NCBI GenBank assembly: GCA_964016885.1
Contig: OZ024740.1
Location: 328,724,001 to 328,788,000 of the forward strand
Length of the DNA stretch: 64,000 bases
Origin: Eledone cirrhosa
Lineage: Eukaryota
Reading direction: 5' to 3'
The notes below the pieces were generated by a model. That model saw only the letters and a program-made list of their open reading frames with translations. It was not told where the DNA came from and did no database searches. How positions within the stretch are numbered: position 1 is the first letter of the stretch; each line of letters opens with the position of its first letter. Positions 60,887 to 64,000 of this stretch are shown one piece after another. A program made the translations under genes and the position numbers.

Positions 60887-61289
60887 AAGAGATTTATATA
60901 TATATATATATATACATACATTTTAATCGATCAGTGCAGCATTTAAAAGAAATATTGCGAAGCTAAAAACTGTTCGTATAGTTTAGAAAGATAGCATAAC
61001 TTGGAGATAGCAGATAAATCTGATATCTCATCGCTGCCTCCGTAAAGTGTTTCACTTTATCTTGCTTATACGAAGAGACTGCGTCGAAAAGTCAGATTCC
61101 TCTTCTCCCCATGGTATACAAATTTATCACTAATTTAATTGTAAAATATTTGCCATAAAAAAAACAGCTCGTATGTTTTCAAACACTGTAAAACCACTTA
61201 ATTTACTAAGATAAAGAATCTGTAGGAATCATTAAAAGGGCGAAGGAAACTTGTGAATGGATAAGGGAGAAAGGGAATGTACAAGATAA

Positions 61290-61856
61290 AATTGTTTCTA
61301 CTTTGACACTAGGCCAGCAATTATTCCAGTGCATTACTGGTACTTTATTTTATCGACCCCGTAAGGATGAAAGGCAAAGTGAACCTCGGCGGGATTTGAA
61401 CTCAGATTATAAAGGGGCGTAACTCTATGCTGGTAAGGATGGCGTCCGACCTTCTACCGATACTGCCAATCCACCGCCCTCGGAGTGGATGTACAAGATA
61501 TAATAAAATGTGAGCAATAGAGACCGAGGGCTGGCGCGCCATGTTGTCGAGGAAAACAGAAGTTGGATGGAAGGGCGAGATCGCCAAGTTTTGGGGCGTT
61601 ACAAGGACAAGAATGGTAAATAACAGAACAAATTGGGGAACCGTTCAACTATTAGTGGAGTGAGCAGATATTGTTTCTACTTTAGGCACAAGGCCAGCAA
61701 TTACCCAGTGCATTACTGGTACTTTATTTTATCGACCCCGTAAGGATGAAAGGCAAAGTCAACCTCGGCGGGATTTGAACTCAAATCGTAAAGGGACGTA
61801 ACTATGCTGGAAAGCATGGCGTCCGACCCTCTACCTATACCGCCAATTCACCGCCA
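61290..61856 (-). mobile_element. Two full-length SINE copies (61290-61480, 61671-61856)
   Basis: Reverse complement of consensus; TSD GTGAGCAGATA for the second copy. Confidence 0.85.
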
Positions 61857-64000
61857 GTGAGCAGATAATGACTGAGAACAATAATGGTAATAACAATGAA
61901 GATCAGTTTCTTTTGACTTCGCACAGATCCTATATTTTAAAGAAGGTAAAATATGAAAGTGGAAATGTTTATAATTTTCCAAATTATAAAGTTGTATCAA
62001 ACAAAAATTCAAAATGGCACGACAACCTCCTCAGGCTAGTAGCTTACATATAAAATGTCCATCACATGCTACTATGAGATTATGAATATTGACATTTGTT
62101 TTACATTAGCATAAAACTATATATTTTAGGGTAAGGTATAGTCGATTAAATAAACCTTAATACATCCTTAGTATTTATTGTGTCGGTATTGAAGAGATAG
62201 AGAACAAATATGCCTCTGCTGAATATAATTGAAAGCATAGAAAGATGAAACCAAAACTGTTAGACGTTTTAATCTGGCAATCTAAGTTCCCGTCACCTCA
62301 ACACTCTTCATTAACAATGGACAAAAACATCTGCATGATTTACTTACTACTTTAGTAAAGTTGGATCGGAATATATATTTACTTGTCTGTAATAGAGTAC
62401 ATTGCATGGTGCTTTGTTACCTAGTCGGTCGCAGTGAAAGAGCTACAGGACTTACACAAACAATACACTTGAGAAATGAAGAAATGTCACAATGTCATTC
62501 ACATATTAATAAATATGAAGGGGCATGCTTAAATAAGAAATTATGATGTTTTCTGGTTTATGATATTTTGATGTAGACACACCAGCACATGTTTGAGTAA
62601 AGAATTTAGTCAGTTTACTTTATTTCAGTATCTGGCTGCTATTTATTTTATCGATCATGGAGAGCTGAAACACAAATTTGAATGCGGTTGGATTTGAATT
62701 CAGAAACTGAAGAGATATAACAAAATATTATAAGACTTTCTGTACATCTTTTTCCTGATATTTTCACTTTCGTAAATTTCATATTGGCATACGAATGACA
62801 ATTGTCTCAATTCTATAGCATTTGTTACTGGGTGGTGGTGGTGTAAATGAGATTCTATATTCAGGAATCAGAATCATGTAATACAAAGATTTCTAATTTA
62901 GGCACAATAGGCAGCGAATTGGCAGAGTAGATTGAACCTCGGATAACATGCTTTTCGGTATACGTTCCAGCTTTCTGCGCTCTGTGTTCAAATCTTGCCA
63001 AATATTTTCATCTTTTCGAGGTCGTTCATAAAGATCCAGTTTAGTATTGGCCTGATTATTTCACTATGTCTCTTTCTAAATTTCCTCACCCTCTAGTTTT
63101 CAGACTTATAGAGTGATGTTCTCCACCATGTTTAAAGTGCCCAAGAAACGACGCATGCTACTACAGCACCCATATGATTTCACCAGGAGTTACGGTCAGA
63201 AAGTAGAACTTAGGTACAAAGTAACAATTTATGGTGATTAAAAGGTCGATTAAGTAAACCGTTGTAATTGACTGGTACACATTTTATGGACCCTGGAATG
63301 ATGAAAGGCAAAATTACCTACGGTGGGATTTGAACAGAAAACTGAAAGAACCGTAATTAAATACCGTAAGCCAGTTTGTCCAACACTCTATCAATTCTGC
63401 CTATTCAGCACCTTAGAACCATGTAATATAATTCTATCAAAATAAAGTAGTCAAAATGACCTTTACAATTGAACCTGTTTTCGCTGTCAAACAATTTAAT
63501 GTCTGACATCATCACCCTCATTCTAACCACTACATTCAGCTGCGAAGATTCATTAGCTAAATAAATAAATACAAAAAGAAACAGAATCTAAAAAGATAAG
63601 AACAAATTAATTCAATATCAAGAAATTTCTCAAATGTTTGATCTATTTTCTGAAAAAAAAAAAAAAAAAGGCTCACGTTATTTAATTATCCTTTGCTTTT
63701 CTCATCTTGCCGGTTTTTCAAACATAACCATATTGAAAGTAATAAAGAATTCTTTGTTGAAGTTTATCCAATTTTCGTACTTTATCAACTATAAAGATTG
63801 TTTTCTCTTAGCAAACTATTCAATCTATTTTCTATCTGCAGGTTGTTGAAGGTTCAGGTTTTTACATTAGGCACTTACACTCATTTATCATTAATACTAA
63901 TAATATTTCCTATAAACGAATTTGGAACTTCAATATATAATGTTGTCTCATGTCTGTAGGTGATTGGATTTTCGAATTTGTTTGGTCAGTTTATATCTAA

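Overview
AT-rich, microsatellite-dense metazoan DNA. The SINE and RTE families suggest a cephalopod (Octopus-like) genome, which is an inference. One host coding exon is present (TMEM121/CECR6-family membrane protein, minus strand, 48197-49258). The main feature is a near-intact Penelope-like retroelement (PLE; RT plus GIY-YIG endonuclease, 7081-14003). It has the partial-tandem plus inverted architecture, three hammerhead ribozymes (HHR) in its pseudo-LTRs, and (TA)n on both sides. By eye I found about ten more minimal or variant hammerhead motifs from several unrelated families. Many lie in short (TA)n-embedded asymmetric palindromes whose turn-around point falls at or near the ribozyme core. 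This looks like a population of hammerhead-carrying, (TA)n-targeted, fold-back PLE derivatives. The rest is decayed RTE and CRE LINE fragments, many tRNA-derived SINEs with TSDs, and a hAT MITE. Nearly all short ORFs in the supplied track are microsatellite artefacts.
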